Of a DNA stretch of 64,000 nucleotides, positions 29,675 through 39,574 are shown piece after piece. Position 1 is the first letter of the stretch; every line of letters starts with the position of its first letter. The DNA is from a virus (taxonomy: Duplodnaviria; Caudoviricetes): IMG/VR virus record IMGVR_UViG_3300028864_000017; one strand, written 5' to 3'. The notes beneath the pieces were generated by a model. The model was not told the origin of the DNA. It worked only from the letters and a program-made list of their open reading frames with translations, and made no database searches. A program made the position numbers and the translations under genes.

Positions 29675-30049
29675 ATGAAAATAGAAGATATTAAACCACT
29701 TGGAAATTTCAAAGAAGTTTTAGAGAAATTTAGAGAAAAAGCTGACTCTATAATAACAAGATGTCACAAAGAAAAAGTTTATAACTCTGCACTTGCAATA
29801 TTAATAAAGTCAATTTGTGGAGAGTTTTGTGTTATTGATGTATTATCAGATGGAATTAGAAATAATAAAGGGTGGAACATAGAAGAAATGAAAATTGACT
29901 TGTTATATACACACTTGATTATAATGTATTTAAATGATGTCGCTCAACTTTATTTAAATGGATTTAAAATGGACTCAAGAGAAAAACAACTACAAGAAAT
30001 GGTAGATATGGATAATGATATTTTTGGTGAGTTAAAAATAGAACAATGA
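29675..30049 (+). CDS. Hypothetical protein
   Basis: ORF. Confidence 0.6.
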   Translation: MKIEDIKPLGNFKEVLEKFREKADSIITRCHKEKVYNSALAILIKSICGEFCVIDVLSDGIRNNKGWNIEEMKIDLLYTHLIIMYLNDVAQLYLNGFKMDSREKQLQEMVDMDNDIFGELKIEQ

Positions 30050-30360
30050 TAAAATCAAGATGCAAAAAATTCATACTGAGAAACTTTGATAAGTTTGAAT
30101 ATGATAGTAAGAATGAACATTTTTTTCTTCATAAGAAAAATGGTTATTATACAGATATAACTATTAATCTATCGACTTGTGGTGATGATGATAGGTTTTA
30201 CACAGTTTGTTATTGGGGTAATAGAGATTCATGGTTATGGATTTTTAGAGAAGATTTTATATTCACAGAAAACATCATCAGAAAAAGTAAGCACACAGAA
30301 ATAGACACTCAGATAATAAATATTCTTAAAGCAAAAAAATATTATTATGAAAACATTTGA
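30046..30360 (+). CDS. Hypothetical protein, paralog of 30347
   Basis: YYTDITI ... YWGNRDSW.W..REDFIF. Confidence 0.65.
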   Translation: MIKSRCKKFILRNFDKFEYDSKNEHFFLHKKNGYYTDITINLSTCGDDDRFYTVCYWGNRDSWLWIFREDFIFTENIIRKSKHTEIDTQIINILKAKKYYYENI

Positions 30361-30772
30361 AAACATTTTATTTATAATTTGGTTCACATTATTATTTACT
30401 GTAATTTCAGGATTAATATATTCTTATTCTGTTAAATTATCAGAAAAATCAGATTTTATCAATTCTAAATATAAAGATTGTATTATTGAAAATGGAGAAC
30501 ACTTAAAATCAGGTGAATATAATAACTTAAAAAACAAAGTATTTCAAATGTATTTCAAAGATAGTTATTATACTGATATGACAATTAAACTTAAATCAGA
30601 TAGCTCATATGTTGTGATATTTTGGGGTAATAGAAAATCAATAATGTGGGATATTAGGAAAGATTACTATTTCACAGTTGAGATACCATATAATAGAAGC
30701 ATAGGTAAAGATGTATCAAAAGACATAACAATACTTGAAATTTGCAAATTAACTCAATTATATGATAATTAA
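30347..30772 (+). CDS. Membrane-anchored paralog of 30046
   Basis: N-terminal TM; YYTDMTI ... FWGNRKSIMWDIRKDYYF. Confidence 0.65.
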   Translation: MKTFENILFIIWFTLLFTVISGLIYSYSVKLSEKSDFINSKYKDCIIENGEHLKSGEYNNLKNKVFQMYFKDSYYTDMTIKLKSDSSYVVIFWGNRKSIMWDIRKDYYFTVEIPYNRSIGKDVSKDITILEICKLTQLYDN

Positions 30773-30775
30773 TAT

Positions 30776-31291
30776 ATGAAATCAATTGTAAATAAAGATA
30801 ATGATTTAATTTCAAGATATTTGAAAATTAGGCAAGAACTTATTGAAGAATACAAAAAAACAACGTGTGAAGATGAAGAATTCAGAAAATATTTTTTATC
30901 TAAATTTGTTGAAAAAGACGGTAGTGTTGATTCATTGTTATTTGAATATGATAGAAGTATAATTAAATCTAAATTGACGGAGAAATCATACAATCTAATT
31001 GATGAGAATTATTTAGAATTAGTTGATAATGACTTCATTGCATATGAACACAGATATGGTCACGTATCTTTTAAAACAAAAGAAGAAAGAACTGAATGGT
31101 TAATAAAAAAATCAGATGATGATTATGATGCTTTTAAATTTTTTGATTGTATTGAATTGAAAGAAATAAAAGGCACAATTGAAAATAATTATAATGATTT
31201 TATAAATAAAATTGAAAATGGATATGTGATTTTCATAAAGTCAGATAGTTTATTTAGTGATAATTTAATATGCAATTTCATTGAAGAATAA
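30776..31291 (+). CDS. Hypothetical protein
   Basis: ORF. Confidence 0.6.
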   Translation: MKSIVNKDNDLISRYLKIRQELIEEYKKTTCEDEEFRKYFLSKFVEKDGSVDSLLFEYDRSIIKSKLTEKSYNLIDENYLELVDNDFIAYEHRYGHVSFKTKEERTEWLIKKSDDDYDAFKFFDCIELKEIKGTIENNYNDFINKIENGYVIFIKSDSLFSDNLICNFIEE

Positions 31292-31306
31292 TAACACAAT
31301 ATATTT

Positions 31307-31642
31307 ATGAAGCAATTAAGATTTACGACAACAAATCCACATGGTATGTTCTCTTCAAGTGACAGAGAATTATTAATATCTACTGATGATATTAATTTAG
31401 GAGTTCTAAGTAATTACTCAGCAAAAGGAAAAGGTGCATACATACATGGTGATGCTGAAGAATTAGCAGAATTTGATATTCCTGTTTTCTTAGATGGTGA
31501 TTATGAACAACTTGATTTACCTATTGAAGAACAAGACATATTGATGATGTTACCTTCTGGTAATTATCAATGTACTTCTGATTTATCATACAAATCAATG
31601 ATAATTGAAGATGAGTATTATCTAATTACTCTTAAAAAATAA
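31307..31642 (+). CDS. Hypothetical protein
   Basis: ORF. Confidence 0.6.
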   Translation: MKQLRFTTTNPHGMFSSSDRELLISTDDINLGVLSNYSAKGKGAYIHGDAEELAEFDIPVFLDGDYEQLDLPIEEQDILMMLPSGNYQCTSDLSYKSMIIEDEYYLITLKK

Positions 31643-31645
31643 ATA

Positions 31646-32158
31646 ATGAACAAAAAAGTATATTATAAAACAGATTGTAAAAAATTGATACAGTATAATG
31701 AAAATACTGATACTTTTTCTATAAGAAATGAAACAAAAAAAGTAGACAAAAGAATATCAATTAATGAATTTCGTCTTCTTAACACTACTATCATAAAATC
31801 TCAAGAGTTCTGTAGATTAATGAATATTCATTTCAATAGTATTAAAGATTCTTGGATGTTTGATGGTACAGAATATCAAAGTTTAGATAACTTTGAATAT
31901 AAGGATTATAATTTATCAGATAATTATAATCTTGGCAAAGAAGTACCATTTCATGAAATTCCAAGTAGGTATAATCCTGATCACAAAAGAAATATGATTC
32001 TTGTGTATCATTGGGGTAAAGTTTACTATCATGACATTTCATATAATGGAGAGAAAACAGGTAGTTTGTATGACACAAAAACATTAAATTCTGTTCAATG
32101 GTGTAAATTAAAAAATTGTGCACCAATATTCAATAAAACATCTAAAAAAATAATGTAA
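31646..32158 (+). CDS. Hypothetical protein
   Basis: ORF. Confidence 0.6.
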   Translation: MNKKVYYKTDCKKLIQYNENTDTFSIRNETKKVDKRISINEFRLLNTTIIKSQEFCRLMNIHFNSIKDSWMFDGTEYQSLDNFEYKDYNLSDNYNLGKEVPFHEIPSRYNPDHKRNMILVYHWGKVYYHDISYNGEKTGSLYDTKTLNSVQWCKLKNCAPIFNKTSKKIM

Positions 32159-32159
32159 C

Positions 32160-32492
32160 ATGAAAGTAAAATTAGAAAAATTCTACAATGAAATGAAAAA
32201 TTTTGTGAATAGTGATGATAATGAAGGATATTCAGTGTTTGACTATTTATCAGAAGTAGGCGATATGATGAATAAATACGATTTAACTACTGATGATTTA
32301 AAAGAAATTGTTAATTTATATCCTAATGATTCAGATGTCATAAGATTTGTGAAAGGTCAATTAGAATTTGAAATTGAAGAAAAAAAGGAAATAGATAATA
32401 TTAATATTTTACTAAAAAATAGTGGAGTTTTAGATATTGACAATTTTCATAAAGGTTTAAAAAAATTAGGATATAAAATAAGTTTAATCTAA
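32160..32492 (+). CDS. Hypothetical protein
   Basis: ORF. Confidence 0.6.
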   Translation: MKVKLEKFYNEMKNFVNSDDNEGYSVFDYLSEVGDMMNKYDLTTDDLKEIVNLYPNDSDVIRFVKGQLEFEIEEKKEIDNINILLKNSGVLDIDNFHKGLKKLGYKISLI

Positions 32493-32500
32493 ATAATTAA

Positions 32501-32794
32501 ATGAAGGAATTAATTGAACAATTAAAAAAAAGTTGTGATGACTTAGAATTAATTTCTGAACTTACTTTAAAATATAAGGATATTAAAGTAGTCGGAGAAA
32601 TGCTTTTCTACAAAAAATTGGAGGAAGGTATTCTTAATAAATTGATGAATGCTAACGTGCATCAATTGGAAATTATGAAGAATTCATATAAATTCAGATA
32701 TTATAAAGATGAATACACTGATAAACTCATTGACATTGCAATAATAAATGTAACAAGAAAGAATAAATTAAATAAATTAAATTTAATAAATTAA
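32501..32794 (+). CDS. Hypothetical protein with RxxKL tag
   Basis: TRKNKLNKL. Confidence 0.65.
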   Translation: MKELIEQLKKSCDDLELISELTLKYKDIKVVGEMLFYKKLEEGILNKLMNANVHQLEIMKNSYKFRYYKDEYTDKLIDIAIINVTRKNKLNKLNLIN

Positions 32795-32796
32795 TC

Positions 32797-32994
32797 ATGG
32801 AAAAACTAAATGTTCTACTTTTTTTAGAAATTATATCACTTATGATATGCATTATATGTCATTTATCATCATTTATTACTAAAATAAAATTTCATTGGAA
32901 ATTATATCCAACAACAGCAATTATTATATTAATGATTTTTCTATTTTCTATGTATATTGTTCAGCCACTCGCTCAATGGTTGAATGTTGGATAA
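32797..32994 (+). CDS. Small 2-TM membrane protein
   Basis: Two hydrophobic helices. Confidence 0.55.
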   Translation: MEKLNVLLFLEIISLMICIICHLSSFITKIKFHWKLYPTTAIIILMIFLFSMYIVQPLAQWLNVG

Positions 32995-33010
32995 AAATAA
33001 AAAAGTCATT

Positions 33011-33042
33011 AAAAAAGTCAGAATATTTATTCTGACTTTTTT
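33011..33042 (+). terminator. Intrinsic terminator
   Basis: aaaaaagtcagaat-attt-attctgactttttt. Confidence 0.8.
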
Positions 33043-33077
33043 ATTAAACTATTTCATCTTATATATATACAAATATT

Positions 33078-33389
33078 ATGTCAAATTGGAATTATAGAAT
33101 ATTAGCAAGAAGAATAGCATCAGATTCATACTCAGATGTACATTTTGGTGTTTATGAGGTGTATTATAATGATGAAACTAATATACCTGAAGCTTGTACA
33201 GAAAATCCAATAACAATATTATCATATGAAGGTGAATGTGAAGATCCAATTGAATCAATACAATGGCAATTAGATGTCATAAAAGAAGCAACTAAAAAAC
33301 CAGTATTAGATTATGATAACTTTCCAAATGAGTATGTTAAGCATCTAAGAAAAAAAAAATTGAAACAAATTGGAAGTAAACTTACGTAA
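33078..33389 (+). CDS. Conserved phage hypothetical protein with RxxKL tag
   Basis: WNYRILA ... YEVYYNDE.NIP; LRKKKLKQI. Confidence 0.65.
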   Translation: MSNWNYRILARRIASDSYSDVHFGVYEVYYNDETNIPEACTENPITILSYEGECEDPIESIQWQLDVIKEATKKPVLDYDNFPNEYVKHLRKKKLKQIGSKLT

Positions 33390-33525
33390 ACTTTTCACTT
33401 ATGATATAGTAGCAAATCCAGCATTTTATAACTGTACATTTAAAATAATATATGATAGAGAAGCTGAAATAAAAAAACTTAAAAATGATAGAATAGAAAA
33501 AATAAATAGATTAAATAATCTATAA
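33370..33525 (+). CDS. Small ORF (TTG start) with RxxKI tag
   Basis: (M)EVNLRKLFTYDIVANPAFYNCTFKII ... DRIEKINRLNNL; not in the ORF track. Confidence 0.45.
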   Translation: MEVNLRKLFTYDIVANPAFYNCTFKIIYDREAEIKKLKNDRIEKINRLNNL

Positions 33526-33526
33526 A

Positions 33527-33991
33527 TTATTTTTCAGTATTTTCATCAAACTTATTCAAATTGTACATTTTGATCATATAAATTATATGTTTGTCCCATG
33601 TTCTGGTTTCTGAATATCCTCCTCTTTTAATATTATGTACCCATATATTATAATCAGTAACATTATTTGTAATTAAAGTATTATAATACTTTCTTTTTGA
33701 AATAAATTCACAAAAATGTCTAAATGATGTTGAATCATTTTCATAACGTTTATAATGATTTCCTTGTTTTACTCCAAAGTAATTATGCTTAGTTTTACTT
33801 AATTTACTTGTTCCAGATCCACTTTCCCATAGAGAAATTGAAAGAATTACACTAACTGGAATTTTAAACTCATTGCTTAGTGACATAGATAATTTATCGA
33901 ATTTATCTATAAATTTTGTTTGGACTGTTTGTGAATTAGTATACATACTAAAAGCCAATAGCATTATTATGCCTATTAAAATTTTTCTCAT
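33527..33991 (-). CDS. GH73 glucosaminidase / peptidoglycan hydrolase with signal peptide
   Basis: Start MRKILIGIIMLLAF; IPVSVILSISLWESGSG, HNYFGVK, GGYSE. Confidence 0.85.
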   Translation of the reverse strand: MRKILIGIIMLLAFSMYTNSQTVQTKFIDKFDKLSMSLSNEFKIPVSVILSISLWESGSGTSKLSKTKHNYFGVKQGNHYKRYENDSTSFRHFCEFISKRKYYNTLITNNVTDYNIWVHNIKRGGYSETRTWDKHIIYMIKMYNLNKFDENTEK

Positions 33992-34391
33992 GTCTTTAAT
34001 TTGTTTTTGATTGATGATTTCAAAAAATAGGATGTTGTATAAATCCAAAGTAATAAAATAGTTAAATCTGCCTATAAGATATGATTCGCAGTAAGGAAAT
34101 CAGCAGATTAAAAATCATCAATTAATTATAAAATTAGGTGATTCTAATTTGATTTATAATTATTGTATATGTTATTATATAGTAATAAATAGTTACCATA
34201 AATTAACTCAGTATGTTATTGTATAGGTACAAATAAATAAATAGTTTATCTTTATTTGTAATTAACTAATAATCAGAATTTTAATATCATAGTTAAAAAT
34301 CATTAAACAATCACAATAGTCATTTATATAATGAATATAATGAATATAAAGAAGTATCTTTGCATTCATAATCATTATAAATGTAAACACA

Positions 34392-34589
34392 ATGAAATTT
34401 AAAGAATTAGACGAAATTTTACAATTAAGACTTAAAAAATCTTGTAGATTAAATGAATCTTTGAATGGCTGGCTACCTTCAAGTGAAGATTATGTTTATA
34501 TGAAAGATGATGAGGTTGTAGAAATATTCTCAAATAATTTAGAAATAGAATTTAAAGATAATAATATCACATCTGTGAATAAGTATTAA
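34392..34589 (+). CDS. Hypothetical protein
   Basis: Follows TATCTTTGCA at 34355-34364. Confidence 0.5.
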   Translation: MKFKELDEILQLRLKKSCRLNESLNGWLPSSEDYVYMKDDEVVEIFSNNLEIEFKDNNITSVNKY

Positions 34590-35190
34590 TCTTATTTTTT
34601 CTATATTTGACTTTGGATAAATATTTATCGTCGTTTGATATTATTTCATAAGGAATATTATTTTTTTTTAGTAATTCAATTTCATTTGATCTATCTCTAT
34701 TACTATAAATAATATATACTTTTTTTATATATTTTATTGAAACTTCATTTGATACTATAATTTCTTCTGATATATTAAAATCATATGCATCTTTATTTGT
34801 TTTAATATCCCAATATTCTTTTCCAAATTCTTTTAATCTAAGTTCTTGTGCAATTGATAATCCTTTAGTTTTATTTTTTGGTAATTTTAGGTAATAATCC
34901 AAATTTTCAACAATAGGAATAATCTTATATTTATCACTTAGTTTCTGAGTATCAAATTCAATAACGCAATTACCATAACCTACTGCAGTTGAAAAATTTC
35001 TAGTCACTGATATTCCAATTCCATCTTTTATTCCTAAATTTCTTCTCATATCAGAACTCCATTGGTTACCCCATTCGCTTTTTAGTAATTTTATTTTGCC
35101 GTCAAGTAAAATATTTTTTAATTCATTAACTCCCTTATAAAGATTATAATTTTTTGACTCTAATATAAATTCTTCAAATAATATTTTCAT
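34567..35190 (-). CDS. Possible ADP-ribosyltransferase-fold protein with capsid-targeting-like N-terminus
   Basis: MKILFEEFILES; NLYKG ... GISVTRN ... ISEEII. Confidence 0.45.
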   Translation of the reverse strand: MKILFEEFILESKNYNLYKGVNELKNILLDGKIKLLKSEWGNQWSSDMRRNLGIKDGIGISVTRNFSTAVGYGNCVIEFDTQKLSDKYKIIPIVENLDYYLKLPKNKTKGLSIAQELRLKEFGKEYWDIKTNKDAYDFNISEEIIVSNEVSIKYIKKVYIIYSNRDRSNEIELLKKNNIPYEIISNDDKYLSKVKYRKNKINTYSQM

Positions 35191-35233
35191 AAAGTTATAT
35201 ATTATTTTTTTATATCAAATTTAATTAGTATCT

Positions 35234-36052
35234 TTGTACATAATTAAAAACATAAACAAAATGCTAAAAGAAATTTTTAAGTTCAGTGAAGACAGTTTTA
35301 AAAATGACATAGTTTATGAAAATAAACTTATTAAGAAGTTAAAATATAGTTTTGATTATTTACTAAAGTATTTACCTATCAACACTGTTGATGATAAATT
35401 CTCTTTTGATGATATAAAAATTAGGGAGGGTAAAAATTATGATTGGTTTTTCTTAGTTAAAGATGATATTCAATTATTGGTAAGACAATATGGTGGTCAT
35501 TTCACATTTATTTGTATTAATAAAGATAAAGAGATTTCATATCATAGTAGAATGTCTGTTTTTACAATCAATGATGATCGTAAAAAAATGGATGACAAAA
35601 CAAGTGACGAGCATTGTGATAATAATTATTTAACAATGGAGGAAATTTTTCCTTCACTATTAGAAATAATTAAAAAAGATAACGTACATACAATTTGGAA
35701 TCCTCTTTCATTGGTTAGACCTGAATATACAGAAGTTAAAATAGCTCAAATAGGAGAAAATACTCACAGCTTAGATTTATTACTTTTTGCATGTGATGAA
35801 GTCTTTCGTATGAATTGCGAATTATTTTCTGAAAACGAAATGGCTAATAAAATAGCTGAATTTAATGTTGGTGATATGTTAGGTGATGCATATAAGATAA
35901 CAGAAGTAAAAAAAGATATTGATGAAGAGTATTTTTATAGTACTGGCTTATCATTCATTAATACAAATTTTCCTGGTAGTAAGGCAGAATGGTCTGATAT
36001 CTATTCATTGACAAGATATTATTTGGAGTATATTTTTCCTGAAAATAAATAA
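35234..36052 (+). CDS. Hypothetical protein
   Basis: 272-aa ORF (start may be downstream of promoter 35229-35236). Confidence 0.65.
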   Translation: MYIIKNINKMLKEIFKFSEDSFKNDIVYENKLIKKLKYSFDYLLKYLPINTVDDKFSFDDIKIREGKNYDWFFLVKDDIQLLVRQYGGHFTFICINKDKEISYHSRMSVFTINDDRKKMDDKTSDEHCDNNYLTMEEIFPSLLEIIKKDNVHTIWNPLSLVRPEYTEVKIAQIGENTHSLDLLLFACDEVFRMNCELFSENEMANKIAEFNVGDMLGDAYKITEVKKDIDEEYFYSTGLSFINTNFPGSKAEWSDIYSLTRYYLEYIFPENK

Positions 36053-36082
36053 ATTTAAAATATATAGAAATAAAATTATTAT

Positions 36083-36868
36083 ATGAAAAAAATAAAAACA
36101 TTTGACGAACATAATTCTACAGTTCAATCAAAAGTACCTTTTACTAAGCAAACAATGAAATTAGACATTGATTGGAGAGCAGCAAAGGATTTTGATTTAC
36201 ACTACTATTATAAATGGGTGTGTGATCATCGTATTAAAAATGATGAAAATGGCTGTAATTTACCAAATGGCGCTGATTCTTGGGTAGCTGACACATCTAA
36301 ATTGGACTATATGAGTAAACAGAAAAAAGATTGGTTGTATGAGTATGCATTATCAAAAGGTGGTAGCCCAAAACCAGCATTTACTATTAAAAAAGACACA
36401 AAAATTAAAGTTGTCGATGAAAAATACAATTTGATAATTGAAATTTTAGATGGTCCATATGCTGGTGAAAAATTTGAAGCAAAGTTATCTGATTTTAGAA
36501 CTTGCTTGGTTGGTGAAGCTAAAGATGAAAATTTAGTTGTTTCTAAGTATAAGATATTCTTAAACGGAGAACCATTGAAATCAAAATATTATACTAACAT
36601 GGGAAGAATCAAGCTTGCTTTACTAAATGCATTTGGGTTTCAAAATAGTAATGATAATGATAATGATAATGAAGATGGTGTGCCATATTACATTTCGGAT
36701 TCTAGTTCAACAACATTAAGTAAAAATGATTGTAAAAATGTTAAAATCATTAGATATGACAATAATTCAAAAGTTGGAATTCCTGTTGATTTTAATGTTC
36801 TGGAATTTTATGTTGAATATTTGGAAAAAAAAGAGTTAAAAAAAGACTCAAAAAAATATAATTTATAA
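36083..36868 (+). CDS. Hypothetical protein with capsid-targeting-like N-terminus and KYNL end
   Basis: MKKIKTFDEHNS ... DSKKYNL. Confidence 0.7.
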   Translation: MKKIKTFDEHNSTVQSKVPFTKQTMKLDIDWRAAKDFDLHYYYKWVCDHRIKNDENGCNLPNGADSWVADTSKLDYMSKQKKDWLYEYALSKGGSPKPAFTIKKDTKIKVVDEKYNLIIEILDGPYAGEKFEAKLSDFRTCLVGEAKDENLVVSKYKIFLNGEPLKSKYYTNMGRIKLALLNAFGFQNSNDNDNDNEDGVPYYISDSSSTTLSKNDCKNVKIIRYDNNSKVGIPVDFNVLEFYVEYLEKKELKKDSKKYNL

Positions 36869-36870
36869 AA

Positions 36871-37452
36871 ATGAAAGTAACCACAGAAGATTGTATTAAC
36901 TCAATAGTTAAATATCTAATTGAGAAAGAAAATAATTTCACAAATTCAAAAGATTGGAAAAGAATTTCAAAATCAGGAAAAGATGATAATATCATACGCA
37001 AATTTCAAAACAAAGTTTCAAATAGAGAAATATATGTAAGATCTAGTGACTCTGAAATTTTTGAAGTTAGTGATAAAGATTTTAGTATGATTACAAATTT
37101 TAAAAATTTCACAGGTGGAAATAGTGGTAAAATTAAAACAATTGATAAAATTAAAAGTCAAAAAGAATTTTCTGAATATCTATTAGATGAATATCAATCA
37201 GGTAAATGGATAACCACCAAAGTAGACAAAGAAGATAGTGATGCATATGCTAATTTGATTTATCAGGGTGTTGATGAATTTAGGTCTGATTTGGAATCTT
37301 GGGGTGGCTGGATGTGTGATGATATTGAAAAATATTTAGACGAACCAAATTTGAAGATTGAAAATCATTATCTAAAAGACTCTGATATTGTAGAAATTGA
37401 TTCAATATCTTTTGGAGATAAACTTCTGTTGTGGAGTCTACACGAAGATTAA
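36871..37452 (+). CDS. Hypothetical protein
   Basis: ORF. Confidence 0.6.
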   Translation: MKVTTEDCINSIVKYLIEKENNFTNSKDWKRISKSGKDDNIIRKFQNKVSNREIYVRSSDSEIFEVSDKDFSMITNFKNFTGGNSGKIKTIDKIKSQKEFSEYLLDEYQSGKWITTKVDKEDSDAYANLIYQGVDEFRSDLESWGGWMCDDIEKYLDEPNLKIENHYLKDSDIVEIDSISFGDKLLLWSLHED

Positions 37453-37544
37453 TTCTGATAATTAAAAAATCATAAATTTATTTATGATTTTTTGTTTATA
37501 TAATTATTATTAGTATCTTTGTATTCAATTAAAACATAAACAAT

Positions 37545-37859
37545 ATGAAACAGTTAAAAGACACAAAAAAAATTACGCTTGCAACATTAAAAGGATTTGC
37601 AAAAAGAAATAGTGAAAATCTATTCGTAAAAAATATTAGTTCATTTGATGGAATGACAGATTGTGTTGAAAGTTGTAATGATAATAGTTGGAAAGAAACT
37701 TCTATTATTGACAAAACTAATTATTACAAAACTGGTATCAACGGAGTTTATACAGTAGGTAGTAGTCGTGATTATTTCACGTTACATGAAGATTCAATTT
37801 ATGTTGGTATTGAAGTATATAACTCTTGTGGTAATGCTATTTTAGCTGTAAAAAAATAA
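37545..37859 (+). CDS. Conserved phage hypothetical protein
   Basis: SSFDGMTDCVE, GVYTVGSSRDYF, GIEVYNSCG; promoter at 37514-37521. Confidence 0.7.
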   Translation: MKQLKDTKKITLATLKGFAKRNSENLFVKNISSFDGMTDCVESCNDNSWKETSIIDKTNYYKTGINGVYTVGSSRDYFTLHEDSIYVGIEVYNSCGNAILAVKK

Positions 37860-37864
37860 ATAGT

Positions 37865-38089
37865 ATGATAATACCTGCAAATGAATTAAAGGCTGGAGAC
37901 TTAGTAAGACCTTTTATAAGTGAAAGAACAATGAAAAGAACAAAAAAAACTATTCTTATTGTTGATGGTCCATTTGAATGTAATGGAGCATTTAAAGATT
38001 ATTACATCACTTTTAAAACAGATGATCCTGATAATGATAATGAACTTTTCATTCATTCAGATGAAACAGTTGAAGTTATTGAGAAATAA
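37865..38089 (+). CDS. Small KOW/SH3-like protein
   Basis: ELKAGDLVRP. Confidence 0.55.
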   Translation: MIIPANELKAGDLVRPFISERTMKRTKKTILIVDGPFECNGAFKDYYITFKTDDPDNDNELFIHSDETVEVIEK

Positions 38090-38151
38090 AGAAAAAATAA
38101 ACTAATGATTATTTTTAAATCAATAATTATAGAAATAAAATATTAAAATAT

Positions 38152-38520
38152 ATGAACATATATAAAATAACAAAGTTTAGAGATTTAGAAACAAAATTAG
38201 AAACATTATCGACTGAATTTATTTGTTCTAATCTAAACGAAGATGAATTATTAAATATGATTCACGAAAAAACAAAGGATGGCTTATTATTAAAATATTC
38301 TAAAGATATGGAATGTTATCTTGATAAAAATGTAGAATGGTATCCTTGTATATCGGACAATAAAAAATTTATGAAACAATATGGAGATAAACAAATCATA
38401 TTTAATCATGAAAAAAAATATGGCTCACATATTATAATTTCTGAATGTTTAATTAAAAGTAATGTAACCACATTTGATTATACAGATTTAATTAAATATG
38501 GAGTTTTGAAAGAGATTTGA
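38152..38520 (+). CDS. Hypothetical protein
   Basis: ORF. Confidence 0.6.
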   Translation: MNIYKITKFRDLETKLETLSTEFICSNLNEDELLNMIHEKTKDGLLLKYSKDMECYLDKNVEWYPCISDNKKFMKQYGDKQIIFNHEKKYGSHIIISECLIKSNVTTFDYTDLIKYGVLKEI

Positions 38521-38545
38521 CAATAAAAATTAAATACTATAAATT

Positions 38546-38809
38546 ATGGAAAGTAAAATTTTAAAATTAGTTGATGAATATGAAGTTGAAATTGAACTCA
38601 AATATAAAAAAAAATCAATAGTAGCAATCATTGATAACGGAGATGAAATAAAAGTTATCAAGTTAGGATTTATCAATAATATAATTGAAGAAATTGATAA
38701 AGTCTGTAAAGTTATGCTAAAAAATAAAATAAAAAAGGATAAAGAGTTAACTGAAAGACTCAATAAAATAGATAAGACTATATTTCCAGATAATTTATTC
38801 GAAAAATAA
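38546..38809 (+). CDS. Hypothetical protein
   Basis: ORF. Confidence 0.6.
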   Translation: MESKILKLVDEYEVEIELKYKKKSIVAIIDNGDEIKVIKLGFINNIIEEIDKVCKVMLKNKIKKDKELTERLNKIDKTIFPDNLFEK

Positions 38810-38813
38810 AAAT

Positions 38814-39131
38814 ATGAAAACTAAAAATGCAATTTTATTCTCAAATGTAGACAGAGAAGATTACTGGGTATCTAATGGGCTTGTTTTTAAAGTTGAAAAC
38901 ACAGATACATATATTAATGCTTATAATGAAATAAAAGATAAATTAGAGTCTAAAGAAGTTATTGATTATATAATAGAAGAAGCTTGTTTATTGGATGATT
39001 TATTTGAAGGTGATGAAACTTATAAATTTTTGAAGACTGAATATATTCATAGTTTATATTTCACTTTTCAAAATAGTATTGGAGAACAAGTTGAGCATAA
39101 AATGTCAGCGGATTTTGTATTTTCACTTTAA
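38814..39131 (+). CDS. Hypothetical protein
   Basis: ORF. Confidence 0.6.
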   Translation: MKTKNAILFSNVDREDYWVSNGLVFKVENTDTYINAYNEIKDKLESKEVIDYIIEEACLLDDLFEGDETYKFLKTEYIHSLYFTFQNSIGEQVEHKMSADFVFSL

Positions 39132-39142
39132 AAAATAAAATT

Positions 39143-39283
39143 ATGTCATCAGAAAACAAAAAAAGGAAATTGAAAAATTCTTATTGTGTTAAAAGTTGGT
39201 TAAAAAACAAAACAATAAAAATTAAAAGATTAGGATTCTATAATGCATCAAAAAGAAAAGTTGATAAAAGAATAGAAGAATAA
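39143..39283 (+). CDS. Small basic protein (46 aa)
   Basis: MSSENKKRKLKNSYCVKSWLKNKTIKIKRLGFYNASKRKVDKRIEE fills an operon gap. Confidence 0.5.
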   Translation: MSSENKKRKLKNSYCVKSWLKNKTIKIKRLGFYNASKRKVDKRIEE

Positions 39284-39303
39284 AATAATTAAAAATTGAA
39301 AAT

Positions 39304-39558
39304 ATGAATAGATTTTTTGGTATGATGCCTTCAAGTGAGGTAAAAAAAAGTAAAAGTTTTAAAGTTGGAGCTGGTCAATTAACAGTAACAATTGATGCAG
39401 GAGAAAATGGCTGGACAATTTTATTTGCTGATAGCTCATCAGAATATAAAGATGTCGTAGATACCACTGAAAACAATTTCAATTCAGCATTAGATGTTTT
39501 GAAAACTCATTTTTGTGATATAAATGAAATAAATGAAATTGAAAAATTTGAATGCTAA
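39304..39558 (+). CDS. Conserved phage hypothetical protein
   Basis: FFGMMPSSEV, TIDAGENGWTILFAD. Confidence 0.65.
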   Translation: MNRFFGMMPSSEVKKSKSFKVGAGQLTVTIDAGENGWTILFADSSSEYKDVVDTTENNFNSALDVLKTHFCDINEINEIEKFEC

Positions 39559-39574
39559 ATAATTAGTATAAAAA

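Noticed and set aside
34130-34340. Possible replication origin (AT-rich, two TATGTTATT.TATAG copies)
   Set aside because: Only two short copies in an AT-rich background; better explained as divergent promoters
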